DNA from: Candidatus Deferrimicrobiaceae bacterium
Lineage (GTDB): Bacteria; Desulfobacterota; Deferrimicrobia; Deferrimicrobiales; Deferrimicrobiaceae
Length of the DNA stretch: 24,000 nt
Direction: 5' to 3'
Assembly (NCBI GenBank): GCA_036504035.1
Contig: DASXVV010000006.1
Coordinates: forward strand, 418,793-442,792
Shown here: positions 1 to 10,287 of the stretch, piece after piece
How positions within the stretch are numbered: the first letter of the stretch is position 1
Layout of the letters: each line of letters begins with the position of its first letter
Translations under genes and position numbers: made by a program
The notes under the pieces: model-generated
Seen by the model: only the letters and a program-made list of their open reading frames with translations
Told to the model about the DNA's origin: nothing
Databases searched by the model: none

Positions 1-11
1 CCTCCGATTCG

Positions 12-2126
12 TTAAAAAGCTTTTAGCAGGAAGATGACCACGACGCCGCCGATGAGCACGAAAACGTAATGGTATATTTTGCCGGTCTGGATCCTTCGGA
101 GCACGGTGCCGCCGCCGATGGTCGCGCTGGCGACGCCGTTGACCGCCCCGTCGACCACCAGGTTGTCGAAGCGGCCGACGAACCGGCACGCCCACAGGTT
201 GATGCGCGCAACCAGGTTGACCAGCCCGTCGACGATCTTCTGGTCGAACAGCGCCATCAACCTGGCGAGCCACATGGTGCCCGCGATGACGGTCATCGCG
301 TAGAGTTCATCGAAATACCACTTGTTGGCCAGGAAAGTGTGGAGGGGAAGGCACGCGGCCTTGACCTTGGCCGGATCGATCCAGCCCAGGATGTAGACGA
401 CTATCGCGAGCAGGATGCCGGCCCCGGCGACGATCAGCGAACAGATCATCGCCCGGCCATGGGCCAGGTGCGTCACGTGCGCGACGTGCTCGGCGTGCTC
501 CTTCTCTTCGGCCGACATGCCGGCGGCCTCGGGAGCGGTCGCCGCCGAATGCTCCATGCCCGCAGGAGCGACGGCCGGAGCCGCTTCGACCTTGGCCGCT
601 TCGCCGTGACCGGACCCGTGGGGGAGGACCACCGCGCTCTGGGGCTTGACGATCAGCTTCTTGAACCAGTCATTGTGCTCGAACGGGTAGGCGAAGGACA
701 GCAGCGCCAGCACGACCAGCGGGAACGCCATGTTGAAAGGCGATTCGTGCGCATGGTCGAACTTGTGATGGTCGCGCGGCTCGCCGAAGAAAGTGATGAA
801 CACGAGGCGAAACATGTAGAAGGCGGTCATGCCCGCGGTGACCAGCGGCAGGATGAACAGCGCGTAATGCTGCGGGTTGAGCATCGCGAACGCCAATGCA
901 TCGCCCAGGATCATGTCCTTGCTGAAGAATCCGGAGAAGAACGGGACGCCGGAGATGGACAAGGTACCGATCAGGAACGTCGCAAAGGTGATCGGCATCT
1001 TCTTGCGCAACGCGCCCATGTCGAAGATGTCCTGGCTGTGGACGGCGTGGATGACCGACCCGGAGCCGAGGAACATGCACGCCTTGAAGCCGGCGTGGGT
1101 AACGAGGTGCGCGAGTCCCGCCGTGTAGCCACCGACGCCCAGCCCGCAGACCATGAACCCGAGCTGGGAAACGGTGGAGTAGGCGAGAATCTTCTTGATG
1201 TCGTTCTGTGCCAACGCAATCGTCGCCGCCATGAACAGCGTGACGGTTCCCGTGTAGGCGATGACGAGGAAGGCGTCGGGCGTGAAGATCGGGTACATGC
1301 GGCCGATGAGGTAGACGCCGGCGGCGACCATGGTGGCGGCGTGGATCAACGCCGAGACGGGCGTCGGGCCTTCCATCGCGTCGGGCAGCCAGACGTGGAG
1401 CGGGAACTGCGCCGACTTCCCGACTGCGCCGCAAAACAGGGCAACGCCGGCCAGCGTCAGCATGGTGCCGCTCAGCTTGCCCGCCGCGACGCTCGCGAAT
1501 ATCTCGTCGTATCCGAACACGCCGGTGAAGGCGAACAGGATCAGGATGCCGGCGAGGAATCCGAAATCGCCCACCCGGTTGGTGATGAACGCCTTCTTGC
1601 TCGCATCGGACGCAGACTTTTTCTCGAACCAGAACCCGATGAGCAGGTAGGAGCACAGGCCGACCAGCTCCCAGAAGATGAACAGGAAGAAGATGCTTTC
1701 GGAAAGAACCAGCCCCAGCATCGAGAAAGAGAAGATCCCCAGATAAGCAAAGTAGCGATTGTATTTGGGATCGCCGTGCATGTATCCGACCGAGAACAGG
1801 TGCACCAGGGAGGAAACGAGCGTGACGACGACCAGCATGATGGCCGTGATGTTGTCGATCATGATGCCGACGTTGATATGGAAACGGTCGAGGATCGTCA
1901 GCCACGGATACGTGAAATGGTACTTGAAGCCGGGGTTGAACCCCTGGATGATGACTTCGTTGAAAATGCCGAGCGCCATGACCAGCGCGGAGAAGATGGT
2001 CAGCAGCGAGACCCAGTCACCCTTGCGCGGCAGCCGCTTGCCGAAGAAGATATTGATAAAAAACGACGACAGCGGCAGGAACGGGATGATCCAGGCGTAT
2101 TTCAGAAAGAAGTTGGTTTCGTTCAA
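12..2126 (-). CDS. nuoL: Complex I-type NADH:quinone oxidoreductase subunit L (antiporter-like, with C-terminal lateral helix)
   Basis: 704-aa ORF with NuoL/Mrp-type motifs (WELVGLCSYLLIGFW; GKSAQFPLHVWLPDAMEGPTPVSALIHAATMV; HESP). The C-terminus has a long amphipathic segment plus a final TM. Stop TAA at 12-14. The minus-strand GGAGG at 1-5 looks like the SD of a following nuoM off-window. Confidence 0.95.
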   Translation of the reverse strand: MNETNFFLKYAWIIPFLPLSSFFINIFFGKRLPRKGDWVSLLTIFSALVMALGIFNEVIIQGFNPGFKYHFTYPWLTILDRFHINVGIMIDNITAIMLVVVTLVSSLVHLFSVGYMHGDPKYNRYFAYLGIFSFSMLGLVLSESIFFLFIFWELVGLCSYLLIGFWFEKKSASDASKKAFITNRVGDFGFLAGILILFAFTGVFGYDEIFASVAAGKLSGTMLTLAGVALFCGAVGKSAQFPLHVWLPDAMEGPTPVSALIHAATMVAAGVYLIGRMYPIFTPDAFLVIAYTGTVTLFMAATIALAQNDIKKILAYSTVSQLGFMVCGLGVGGYTAGLAHLVTHAGFKACMFLGSGSVIHAVHSQDIFDMGALRKKMPITFATFLIGTLSISGVPFFSGFFSKDMILGDALAFAMLNPQHYALFILPLVTAGMTAFYMFRLVFITFFGEPRDHHKFDHAHESPFNMAFPLVVLALLSFAYPFEHNDWFKKLIVKPQSAVVLPHGSGHGEAAKVEAAPAVAPAGMEHSAATAPEAAGMSAEEKEHAEHVAHVTHLAHGRAMICSLIVAGAGILLAIVVYILGWIDPAKVKAACLPLHTFLANKWYFDELYAMTVIAGTMWLARLMALFDQKIVDGLVNLVARINLWACRFVGRFDNLVVDGAVNGVASATIGGGTVLRRIQTGKIYHYVFVLIGGVVVIFLLKAF

Positions 2127-2159
2127 CAGAGCACCCTCTTGAAGTCGGCGGTAGCTGCG

Positions 2160-2462
2160 TCAGTTCTTGAGCGAATCGGAAATGTCGACCTCGACCGAAC
2201 CGACCGAGGCGAACATCCGGAGGAAGATCGCGAGCGCGACGGCGGATTCGGCCGCGGCGATGACGATCACGAAAATGGCCAGGATCTGCCCGCCCATCAC
2301 CGTTCCCAGGTAATGCGAAAAAGCGACAAGATTGATGTTTGCGGCGTTGAGGATCAATTCGACCCCCATGAGCAGCGCAACACCGTTGCGCCGGGTCATG
2401 ATCGTGTAGAGTCCGCAGCAGAAGAGCGCGGCGCTGACGACCAGGAACTTGTCGAGGGCCAT
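2160..2462 (-). CDS. nuoK: Complex I subunit K
   Basis: 100-aa, 3-TM protein starting MALDKFLVV. It carries the conserved membrane Glu residues (GVELILNAANINLVAF; AAAESAVALAIF). The ATG at 2460-2462 shares one base with the nuoJ stop (TAATG). The 307-aa ORF in the track is an over-extension. Confidence 0.93.
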   Translation of the reverse strand: MALDKFLVVSAALFCCGLYTIMTRRNGVALLMGVELILNAANINLVAFSHYLGTVMGGQILAIFVIVIAAAESAVALAIFLRMFASVGSVEVDISDSLKN

Positions 2463-2989
2463 TAGTTGCCTTCCTCCATATCGGGCTTGCCGCCCTGTTT
2501 CGGAGCGTCGGGGCGCGACAGCAACGCGGCGCCGATCAGGGCAGCGAGGAGGAGTACCGAGACGACCTCGAACGGGAGCAGGTATTTCGTCATGAGCAAC
2601 CGGCCGATCGATGCGGTCGTCGGGGCATACTCGACGCCCTGCTTGACGGCCCACGGGGTGGTGACCGCGGTGTGCGACAGGAGGCCGAACAGCGCAAGAC
2701 AGATGAGAAAAGCGGGAATCCGGAAGTGGGTCGGATTCGACAGCTTGACGTCGGAGATGCGGTTGGACAGGAACACCGCGAACAGGATCAGGACCAGGAT
2801 GGCGCCGACGTAGACCAGCATCTGGGTCGCGGCAAGGAAGTCGGCGGAGGCAAGGACGTAGAGCCCGGCGACGCCCATGAACGTGAACAGCAAGCCCACG
2901 GCGGAATAGACGATGTTGGAGTTGCCCGCGACGATGAGCGCCGAGACGACGATCATCACCGAAAAGAGGACGAAAACGAGATCGGCCAT
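2462..2989 (-). CDS. nuoJ: Complex I subunit J
   Basis: 175-aa hydrophobic protein starting MADLVFVLFSVMIVVSALIV, with the typical NuoJ pattern (YSAVGLL..F.GVAGLYVL..A.FLAA.Q.LVYVGAI.VL..F). The ATG at 2987-2989 overlaps the nuoI stop by 1 nt. Confidence 0.9.
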   Translation of the reverse strand: MADLVFVLFSVMIVVSALIVAGNSNIVYSAVGLLFTFMGVAGLYVLASADFLAATQMLVYVGAILVLILFAVFLSNRISDVKLSNPTHFRIPAFLICLALFGLLSHTAVTTPWAVKQGVEYAPTTASIGRLLMTKYLLPFEVVSVLLLAALIGAALLSRPDAPKQGGKPDMEEGN

Positions 2990-3534
2990 TACTTTTTCTC
3001 CGTATCGGCGGGCGGAGCCGCCGGCTTCGGCTGCGCTTCGACTGCCTTCGCTTCCGTCGCCGCCTTCGCCGCAGCCTCGGCAACCGCCTTCGCCACGCGC
3101 TGCCGGATCACCGCGGCGTCTTCGTGGATGAAGTGCAACACCATCTCGTCGCGTCTCTGCATGGCTCTTTCGAACCCGTGGGAGTGGGTAAGCGACTTGA
3201 CGGGGCAGACCTCGACGCACAGCCCGCAGTACATGCAGCGGCCGATGTTGATGTCGTAGGAGACCAGCACCATCTTCTTGTCGGCACCGCGCACCGCCTC
3301 GAGCGAGATGCAGTCGACCGGGCAAATCTTGACGCACATGTTGCACGAGATGCAGGTGTTGATGTCGTTCTGGAGGAAGCCCCGGGAGCGTTCGAAGATC
3401 GGCGCGCGCTGCTCGGGATACTGGATCGTGACCTCTTCCTTGACGTCGATCCCGACCCGCCCGGTGATGCGCATCCCCTTGGCCGTGGTGCTCACGGCCT
3501 CCCAGATGTCGTTGATGTAGGATTTCATGCTCAT
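2989..3534 (-). CDS. nuoI: Complex I subunit I (2x[4Fe-4S] ferredoxin-like) with a C-terminal Ala/Lys/Pro-rich tail
   Basis: 181 aa with two CxxCxxCxxxCP motifs (CISCNMCVKICP, CMYCGLCVEVCP). The last ~45 aa are low-complexity (AKAVAEAAAKAATEAKAVEAQPKPAAPPADTEKK). Confidence 0.93.
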   Translation of the reverse strand: MSMKSYINDIWEAVSTTAKGMRITGRVGIDVKEEVTIQYPEQRAPIFERSRGFLQNDINTCISCNMCVKICPVDCISLEAVRGADKKMVLVSYDINIGRCMYCGLCVEVCPVKSLTHSHGFERAMQRRDEMVLHFIHEDAAVIRQRVAKAVAEAAAKAATEAKAVEAQPKPAAPPADTEKK

Positions 3535-3541
3535 ATTTTTC

Positions 3542-4654
3542 TCATCCGAAGATCGAGGCGATCAGCTGCGGGATGCCCTTGCCCTTGAAGATCAGCACCC
3601 ACGCGGAAACGCCCAGGAAGTTGAAGAACGTCAGCGGGACCAGGTATTTCCAGGACATGCGCATCAGCTGGTCGACGCGGATGCGGGGAAGCGTCCAGCG
3701 GACCCAGATGATGACGCAGACAAGGGCGAGCGCCTTGGCCATGAAAACGGCGAGAGACAACAGGTTGGCCCAGACCGCCGGGAGCGCAGCCGCATTGATG
3801 AAGGGGATCTGCCATCCCCCCAGAAAACAGGCGGTGGCCAGCGCCGAGACCACGAAGACGTCGGCGTACTCGGCCATGAAGTAGATGCCGAAGCGAATGC
3901 CGGAATACTCGGTGCTGTAGCCGGCGACCAGCTCGGACTCGGCCTCGGGAAGGTCGAACGGCGCGCGGTTCGTCTCGGCCAGCGCGGCGGTCAGGTAGAG
4001 GAAGAAGGAAAAGAAGCTGAAAGGGTTGTGAAACAGGTTCCAGCCGAAGATGCCGAGCAGCCCGCCCTGGGACTTGATGATGTCCTGCGTGGAGAGTGAC
4101 CCGGCGATGAGCACCGCGGGGATGAGCGCCATGCCGACCGGAATCTCGTAAGAGACGATCTGGGCCGCGGCGCGCATGCCGCCGAGCATGGACCACTTGT
4201 TGTTGGAGGCCCAGCCGGTGATCAGGATGCCGATCGCGACCAGTGATGTGACCGCCATCACGTAGTAGATGCCGATATTGAGGTCGGCCGCAACGAGCGA
4301 GTAGCCGAACGGGACGACGACGAATGCAGCGAACGACCCCACGAAAACCAGGTAGGGTGCCAGCCTGAACAGGTGATGGTCGGCGGCGGCCGGGATGACG
4401 TCTTCCTTGAGGATCAGTTTGACGCCGTCCGCGAGGAACTGGAGGAGGCCGATGGGGCCGACCCGGTTGGGGCCGATGCGGCCTTGGACGTCGGCCGCGA
4501 TCTTCCGTTCGAGGTAGGTCCCGAAGCCGGCGAACACCATCGCGAAGTTCAGGATGATGAATGCGACGATCCCGATGAGCAGGAGCGTCACCGCCCAAGG
4601 GGCCACGGCGAGCGCGGGCACCTTCTGGATGATAAGTGCGGTGAGCTGTTCCAT
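3542..4654 (-). CDS. nuoH: Complex I subunit H (quinone-channel membrane subunit)
   Basis: NuoH/ND1 motifs are present (ERKIAADVQGRIGPNRVGP.GLLQ..AD..K; EYSG..F..FF.AEY). I prefer the ATG at 4652-4654, 1 nt after the nuoD TAA. The track's longer TTG start at 4666 has no usable SD spacing. Confidence 0.9.
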   Translation of the reverse strand: MEQLTALIIQKVPALAVAPWAVTLLLIGIVAFIILNFAMVFAGFGTYLERKIAADVQGRIGPNRVGPIGLLQFLADGVKLILKEDVIPAAADHHLFRLAPYLVFVGSFAAFVVVPFGYSLVAADLNIGIYYVMAVTSLVAIGILITGWASNNKWSMLGGMRAAAQIVSYEIPVGMALIPAVLIAGSLSTQDIIKSQGGLLGIFGWNLFHNPFSFFSFFLYLTAALAETNRAPFDLPEAESELVAGYSTEYSGIRFGIYFMAEYADVFVVSALATACFLGGWQIPFINAAALPAVWANLLSLAVFMAKALALVCVIIWVRWTLPRIRVDQLMRMSWKYLVPLTFFNFLGVSAWVLIFKGKGIPQLIASIFG

Positions 4655-4655
4655 G

Positions 4656-5792
4656 TTAGCGATCAATCTCCGGAAGAATGATGTCGAAGCTGCCGATGAC
4701 CGCCACGATGTCGGCGATCATGAGCCCCCTGGTAACCTTCTCGAAAATGTTCATCGTGACGAAGGAGCCGGTTCGGATCTGGACGCGGTAGGGATTGGCC
4801 GATCCGTCGCTGATGATGTAGAAGCCGGTTTCGCCGCGGGGATTCTCGGCGCGGAAGTAGACCTCGCCCGGCGCCGGCTTGAACACGCGCGGGACCTTGG
4901 CCATGACGGGTCCCTCGGGGATCATCTCGAGGGCTTGACGGAGGATCTTGATGCTTTCGCGCATCTCGTCGATCCGGACCATGTACCGGTCGAAGCAATC
5001 GCCGAGCTGCCCCTTCTCTCCGCGTCCGACGCAGACATTGAAGTCGAACTTCGGGTAGACGGAGTAGGGCTCGTCCTTGCGCAGGTCGAACGGAACGCCG
5101 GATCCGCGCAGGTTGGGCCCGGTCAGGCCGTAGGCAATGCAATCCTCCGGGGAAATCGCCGCGACGTTGGCGAGCCGGTGGACGAAAATCTTGTTGTAGG
5201 AGATGAGCTCGTTGTACATGGGGATCTTCGGCTCGAAATAGTCGAGGAAGTCCTTGACCTTGCCGAGCCAGCCGTCGGGGAGGTCGGCGGAGACGCCGCC
5301 GATCCGGCAGTAGTTGTAGGTGAGCCGGTTGCCGCACAGCTCCTCGAACAGGTCGTTGACCCGCTCGCGCTCGCGGATGGCGTAGAGGAACGGCGTAAAC
5401 GCACCCATGTCGGCCGTGAACGAGCCGAAGGAGATGAGGTGCGAGGAGATCCGGTTAAGCTCGCAGACGATGACGCGGATGAACTCGGCGCGCTCGGGAA
5501 CCTCGATGCCGGCCAGCTTCTCGACCGCCCAGCTGTAGGCGGCGTTGCAGTTCATCGAGGCCAGGTAGTCGAGCCGGTCGGTGTAGGGCATGAACGAGCC
5601 GTAGACGTTGCGCTCGGCGATCTTGGAGAGGCCGCGGTGGAGATAGCCGATGTCGGGGCGGGCGTTGACCACGACCTCGCCGTCGGTGCGCAGGATCACC
5701 CGCAGCACTCCGTGCGTGGACGGGTGCTGGGGACCCATGTTGAGAAGCATTTCCTGGGTCGGAAGCGCCTGCCGTTCGGTGGTCTCGATCAT
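4656..5792 (-). CDS. nuoD: Complex I subunit D (49-kDa subunit)
   Basis: 378 aa starting MIETTERQALPTQEMLLNMGPQHPSTHGVLR and ending DIVAVIGSFDIILPEIDR, the typical NuoD N- and C-termini. No [NiFe] CxxC motifs. The ATG at 5790-5792 overlaps the nuoC TGA (ATGA). The upstream 99 codons of the track ORF are Arg/Pro junk. Confidence 0.93.
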   Translation of the reverse strand: MIETTERQALPTQEMLLNMGPQHPSTHGVLRVILRTDGEVVVNARPDIGYLHRGLSKIAERNVYGSFMPYTDRLDYLASMNCNAAYSWAVEKLAGIEVPERAEFIRVIVCELNRISSHLISFGSFTADMGAFTPFLYAIRERERVNDLFEELCGNRLTYNYCRIGGVSADLPDGWLGKVKDFLDYFEPKIPMYNELISYNKIFVHRLANVAAISPEDCIAYGLTGPNLRGSGVPFDLRKDEPYSVYPKFDFNVCVGRGEKGQLGDCFDRYMVRIDEMRESIKILRQALEMIPEGPVMAKVPRVFKPAPGEVYFRAENPRGETGFYIISDGSANPYRVQIRTGSFVTMNIFEKVTRGLMIADIVAVIGSFDIILPEIDR

Positions 5793-6259
5793 ACCTTCAC
5801 CCCGTGGTACGACTCGGGATAGACGTAATCCTTGCGAAGCGGGTGCCCCGGCCAGTCTTCGGGGAGCAGGATGCGTCGCAGGTCGATCGACCCGATGAAG
5901 TGGATGCCGAACATGTCGTAGGCTTCGCGCTCCATGAAATTGGCCGTGGGCCAGACCGAGTCGACGCTGTCGAGACGGGGCTCTTCCTTGGGAAGGAGCA
6001 CCTTGACGCCGATCTTGTGCCGGAGCGACATGGAGTGCAGGTGGTAGGCGACGGCCAGATTCTCCTTGTAGTCGACGCCGGAGAGGCACATGAGCGCGTC
6101 GAACTTCATCGAAGGATCGTCGCGGAGGAAACGGGCGATCGACAGAATCGCTGCGGGCGATACGACCACGAACGCGGGATCGAACCCCGCGTCCTGGAGT
6201 TCGATCACGGCGTCGCCGAAACGGGATTTGAGCGACTGGAAGATGGCTTTCGCGTCCAA
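5789..6259 (-). CDS. nuoC: Complex I subunit C (30-kDa subunit)
   Basis: NuoC core is present (ERE.YDMFGI.F.G..DLRRILLPEDW.GHPLRKDY). There is no in-frame ATG near the N-terminus. The best start is TTG at 6257-6259, preceded by AAGGA at a 7-nt spacing. The start is uncertain. Confidence 0.8.
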   Translation of the reverse strand: MDAKAIFQSLKSRFGDAVIELQDAGFDPAFVVVSPAAILSIARFLRDDPSMKFDALMCLSGVDYKENLAVAYHLHSMSLRHKIGVKVLLPKEEPRLDSVDSVWPTANFMEREAYDMFGIHFIGSIDLRRILLPEDWPGHPLRKDYVYPESYHGVKV

Positions 6260-6273
6260 GTGGATATCCTTTT

Positions 6274-6783
6274 TCAGGCCGACTTGCCGAAATTTTTGCG
6301 CTGGTCGATCAATTTCTGGAGGCGGATGATGCCGTCGATGAGCGCCTCTGGCCGTGGCGGGCAGCCGGGCACGTAGACGTCGACGGGCACGATCTGGTCG
6401 ACGCCCTTGACCACGCAGTAGGAGTCCCGGTAGAAAGGGCCGCCCGTGTTTGCGCAGGAGCCCATGGAAATGACGTACTTGGGCTCGGGCATCTGATCGT
6501 AGAGCAGCTTGACGCGCTCGGCCATCTTGTGGGTGATCGTGCCGGCGACGAGCAGCAGGTCGGCCTGGCGCGGGGAAGTGCGGAAGACGGAGCCGAACCG
6601 GTCGAGGTCGTAGCGCGAAGCGCCCGTCTGCATGAGCTCGATGCCGCAGCATGCGGTCGCGAACAGCAGATACCAGAGGGAGGAACGGCGCCCCCAGTTG
6701 ATCAGCTTGTCGGCGCTGCCGACCATGACGACGCCTTCGGGCGCCATGGGGGCGTTGGCCGAAAGGACGGGATCGTTACTCAT
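6274..6783 (-). CDS. nuoB: Complex I subunit B (PSST, N2 cluster)
   Basis: 169 aa with the N2 ligand pattern: tandem Cys (FATACCGIE), GSCANTGGP and VPGCPPRPE. The ATG at 6781-6783 overlaps the nuoA TGA (ATGA). Confidence 0.93.
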   Translation of the reverse strand: MSNDPVLSANAPMAPEGVVMVGSADKLINWGRRSSLWYLLFATACCGIELMQTGASRYDLDRFGSVFRTSPRQADLLLVAGTITHKMAERVKLLYDQMPEPKYVISMGSCANTGGPFYRDSYCVVKGVDQIVPVDVYVPGCPPRPEALIDGIIRLQKLIDQRKNFGKSA

Positions 6784-7190
6784 GAGTTGGCCTTCCTGGC
6801 CTTGGCGCCCTGGAGGGAACGGACCCATTCGAGGTCGCCCTCCTTCCAGAGGTACGCGAGGCCCGAGATCAGGATGACGATGAAGATCAACGCTTCCACG
6901 AAAACGAGGCCGCCCTGCCCCTCGAGAATGAATTGCTTGAAGATGACCGCCCACGGGTAGAGCAGCGCTACTTCGACGTCGAACACGACGAAGACGAGGG
7001 CAAGGACGTAGAAGCGGATGTTGAACTGGACCCAGGAGCTGCCGATCGTGGGCTCGCCGCACTCGTAGGTGGTGAGCTTCGCGGCGCTCTGGTCGCGGGG
7101 CTGGAGCAGGCGCGAGCCGCCCACCATGACGAAAACCGTCAGGGCGCCGAGCAACATGAACACGAAGACTGATGCAAATTGAGTCAGCAT
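6780..7190 (-). CDS. nuoA: Complex I subunit A
   Basis: 136-aa, 3-TM protein with the NuoA/ND3 signature (YECGE...F.IRFY..A..FV.FD.E...L.PWA). It is the first gene of the operon. Confidence 0.9.
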   Translation of the reverse strand: MLTQFASVFVFMLLGALTVFVMVGGSRLLQPRDQSAAKLTTYECGEPTIGSSWVQFNIRFYVLALVFVVFDVEVALLYPWAVIFKQFILEGQGGLVFVEALIFIVILISGLAYLWKEGDLEWVRSLQGAKARKANS

Positions 7191-7322
7191 TTGGACACTT
7201 CCCGATTCCTTCGAAATGTATTCGGGCGATCCCCGGGCGCCGGATCAGTCGGTTGGCAACGCGGGGAATGATCACCACTTGTCGGGGGTTCGGTATGTTC
7301 GAAAACTGTTGATTCATAACTC

Positions 7323-7351
7323 GCGGATAGGGACCTGTCAACCAAAAAATG
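7323..7351 (-). promoter_or_regulatory. Putative sigma70-type promoter of the nuo operon
   Basis: The minus strand reads TTGACA (7351-7346), a 17-nt spacer, then TATGAA (7328-7323), with an A/T-rich stretch (catttttt) just upstream. The implied 5'UTR is about 125 nt. Sequence-only prediction. Confidence 0.5.
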
Positions 7352-7413
7352 ATTTCATCCAGTCGCCGCCCGCGATTCCGGATCGGCAACGAACGCATCG
7401 ATGCAGCCCGAAA

Positions 7414-8622
7414 ATGGGGTACATTAGGCGCATGCGACCCTTCGATTTCCTGAGATCCCGGAACGAGACAACCTCAGGTACTTCCGTCCCGCCCGCGCAG
7501 GACCGGCCGGCGCCCGGCGACCACGGGAACGGGGAGACGAAGCGCTCCCTCCTGCTCGCGCCACCCGCCTCGGTGACGATCAGCCTCTCCGTGCTCGCCG
7601 TGCTGGGAGTGCTCGGGCTTCTCCACTACGCGGCGTCGGTCTTCATCACGATCTTTTCCTCGATCCTGATCGCCATCGCGCTCGAACCTCCGGTCCGGGC
7701 GCTCCACCTCCGGCTCAGGCTGCCCCGTCACGTCGGCAGCATGATCGTCGTCTTCCTGGCCGTCGGATCGCTCTACGGCATCCTTTACTTCGCCTATACG
7801 GGGGCACAGGGCTTCCTGACCGACCTCCCCGCGCTGGCCGACAAGATCCGGACCGCGCCGATCATCGAGTCCGCCACGGAGCGGATGCACGGGTTCGAGC
7901 GGGGGCTGGATGCGTTCAAGAAGGGATTGGTTCCGCCGGTGGCCCCGGTCGGAAAATCGCCCCAGGTCATCGTCAGCCAGGACAACTCGTTCATGGAAAA
8001 GCTGTTCAGCGGGCTGGGCTCGATCACCTCGGTCGTATTTTCTCTCAGCTTCATCCCCTTCCTGGTGTATTTCATCCTGGCCGAGAAAGATTCGCTGACG
8101 CGGCGGACGCTGGCGCTGTTCCCCGACCGCGAGGCGCGGATGCGCGCGCTTCTGACCGAGATCGAGGAAATGATGCAGACGTTCCTCGTCGGCAACGCGA
8201 TCATCGCGGCGATCCTGAGCAGCCTGACGATCCTCCTGTTCTGGGCGGCCGGACTCCCCTACTGGCTCGTTCTGGGCGCCCTGAGCGGCATCATGAGCAC
8301 CGTCCCGTACCTTGGGCTGGTGCTGGCGATGGTCCCGGCGCTGATCGTGGGGCTCGTCTCCTTCGACTCCGGGCTGCCGCTGCTGGCCATCGTGGCGGGC
8401 GTGACCACGTTCCACCTCCTGGCCGCGAACTACCTGATCCCCCGGCTGGTCGGCGGGCGGACGCACCTGAACGCCGTCTCCTCGACGCTCGCCATCCTCT
8501 TCTTCGGCTGGATGTGGGGGGGGATGGGACTCCTCCTCGCGATTCCGATCGCCTCGGTCCTGCGCAGCGTGCTCGAAAGCAATCCGGGGACGCAGCCGCT
8601 CGGACAGTGGCTGGGCGATTGA
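7414..8622 (+). CDS. AI-2E family transporter (PerM/YhhT/TqsA-like, UPF0118) membrane protein
   Basis: Multi-TM protein with the family's C-terminal pattern (GALSG....VPY.G......P......L........HL...N...P.L.G....L......L..L..G...G..G.LLA.P). The start is ambiguous: ATG at 7414 or ATG at 7432. Confidence 0.85.
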   Translation: MGYIRRMRPFDFLRSRNETTSGTSVPPAQDRPAPGDHGNGETKRSLLLAPPASVTISLSVLAVLGVLGLLHYAASVFITIFSSILIAIALEPPVRALHLRLRLPRHVGSMIVVFLAVGSLYGILYFAYTGAQGFLTDLPALADKIRTAPIIESATERMHGFERGLDAFKKGLVPPVAPVGKSPQVIVSQDNSFMEKLFSGLGSITSVVFSLSFIPFLVYFILAEKDSLTRRTLALFPDREARMRALLTEIEEMMQTFLVGNAIIAAILSSLTILLFWAAGLPYWLVLGALSGIMSTVPYLGLVLAMVPALIVGLVSFDSGLPLLAIVAGVTTFHLLAANYLIPRLVGGRTHLNAVSSTLAILFFGWMWGGMGLLLAIPIASVLRSVLESNPGTQPLGQWLGD

Positions 8623-8663
8623 AAAACGTGTACAATTCGCCAATTCACCCAGGAGGCAATCCC

Positions 8664-9959
<1,296 letters not shown>

Positions 9960-9973
9960 GCCCGCCTTTCGGG

Positions 9974-10002
9974 TTGACCCGGCGGCGGCGGATGTGATAA
10001 AA
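9974..10002 (+). promoter_or_regulatory. Possible sigma70-type promoter for the atpZ-I-B-E cluster
   Basis: TTGACC (9974-9979), a 17-nt spacer, then ATAAAA (9997-10002). No convincing terminator follows hemL, so read-through from hemL is also possible. Confidence 0.35.
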
Positions 10003-10020
10003 AATGTTCGTTTAACCGCC

Positions 10021-10287
10021 ATGACCGATAAAGACGACCGGAGATCTTTTTACCGCGAACTGGGACGCTACGGCGCTCTCGGGATCGAAATGTCCATCTC
10101 GGTGGTCATCGGAATGGGCATCGGCTGGTACCTCGACCGATGGCTCGGCACCGCGCCATGGCTCATGGTGGTCTGGATCGGCTTCGGCTTCGCCGCGGGC
10201 GTCCGCAGCCTCTACCGGGCAGCAATCCGGGCGCAGCGCGAGGCCGACGAGGCCGACAAGAAGGATGTGAAACCCGGTGGTGACTGA
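10021..10287 (+). CDS. atpZ: AtpZ-type small membrane protein of F-ATPase operons ('ATPase gene 1' family)
   Basis: 88 aa with two TMs and the family-like core (YGALGIEMSISVVIGMGIGWYLDRWLGT.PW). It sits directly upstream of atpI/atpB. ATG at 10021 is preferred over the track's 9994. Confidence 0.75.
   Translation: MTDKDDRRSFYRELGRYGALGIEMSISVVIGMGIGWYLDRWLGTAPWLMVVWIGFGFAAGVRSLYRAAIRAQREADEADKKDVKPGGD

Noticed and set aside
69-2465. 798-aa ORF on the plus strand, antisense to nuoL/nuoK
   Set aside because: The product is extremely Asp/Arg/Glu/Gly-rich with no motifs. It lies exactly opposite a well-supported gene. This is a typical open antisense frame in high-GC DNA.
4656-5792. Possibility that the 'nuo' cluster is an Ech/Mbh-type membrane [NiFe] hydrogenase
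   Set aside because: The NuoD homologue lacks the N- and C-terminal CxxC nickel ligands and ends in the NuoD-type ...PEIDR. NuoB has the complex I tandem-Cys motif, and a full-length NuoL with a lateral helix is present.
6274-7398. Long N-terminal extensions of the track ORFs for nuoB (also nuoC 5789-6652, nuoD 4656-6089, nuoK 2160-3083, nuoJ 2462-3346, uvrA 16846-19989, pdxA 19689-20765)
   Set aside because: The extensions run through the upstream gene in another frame and are Arg/Pro-rich. Internal starts coincide with stop/start overlaps or SD sequences and reproduce canonical N-termini.
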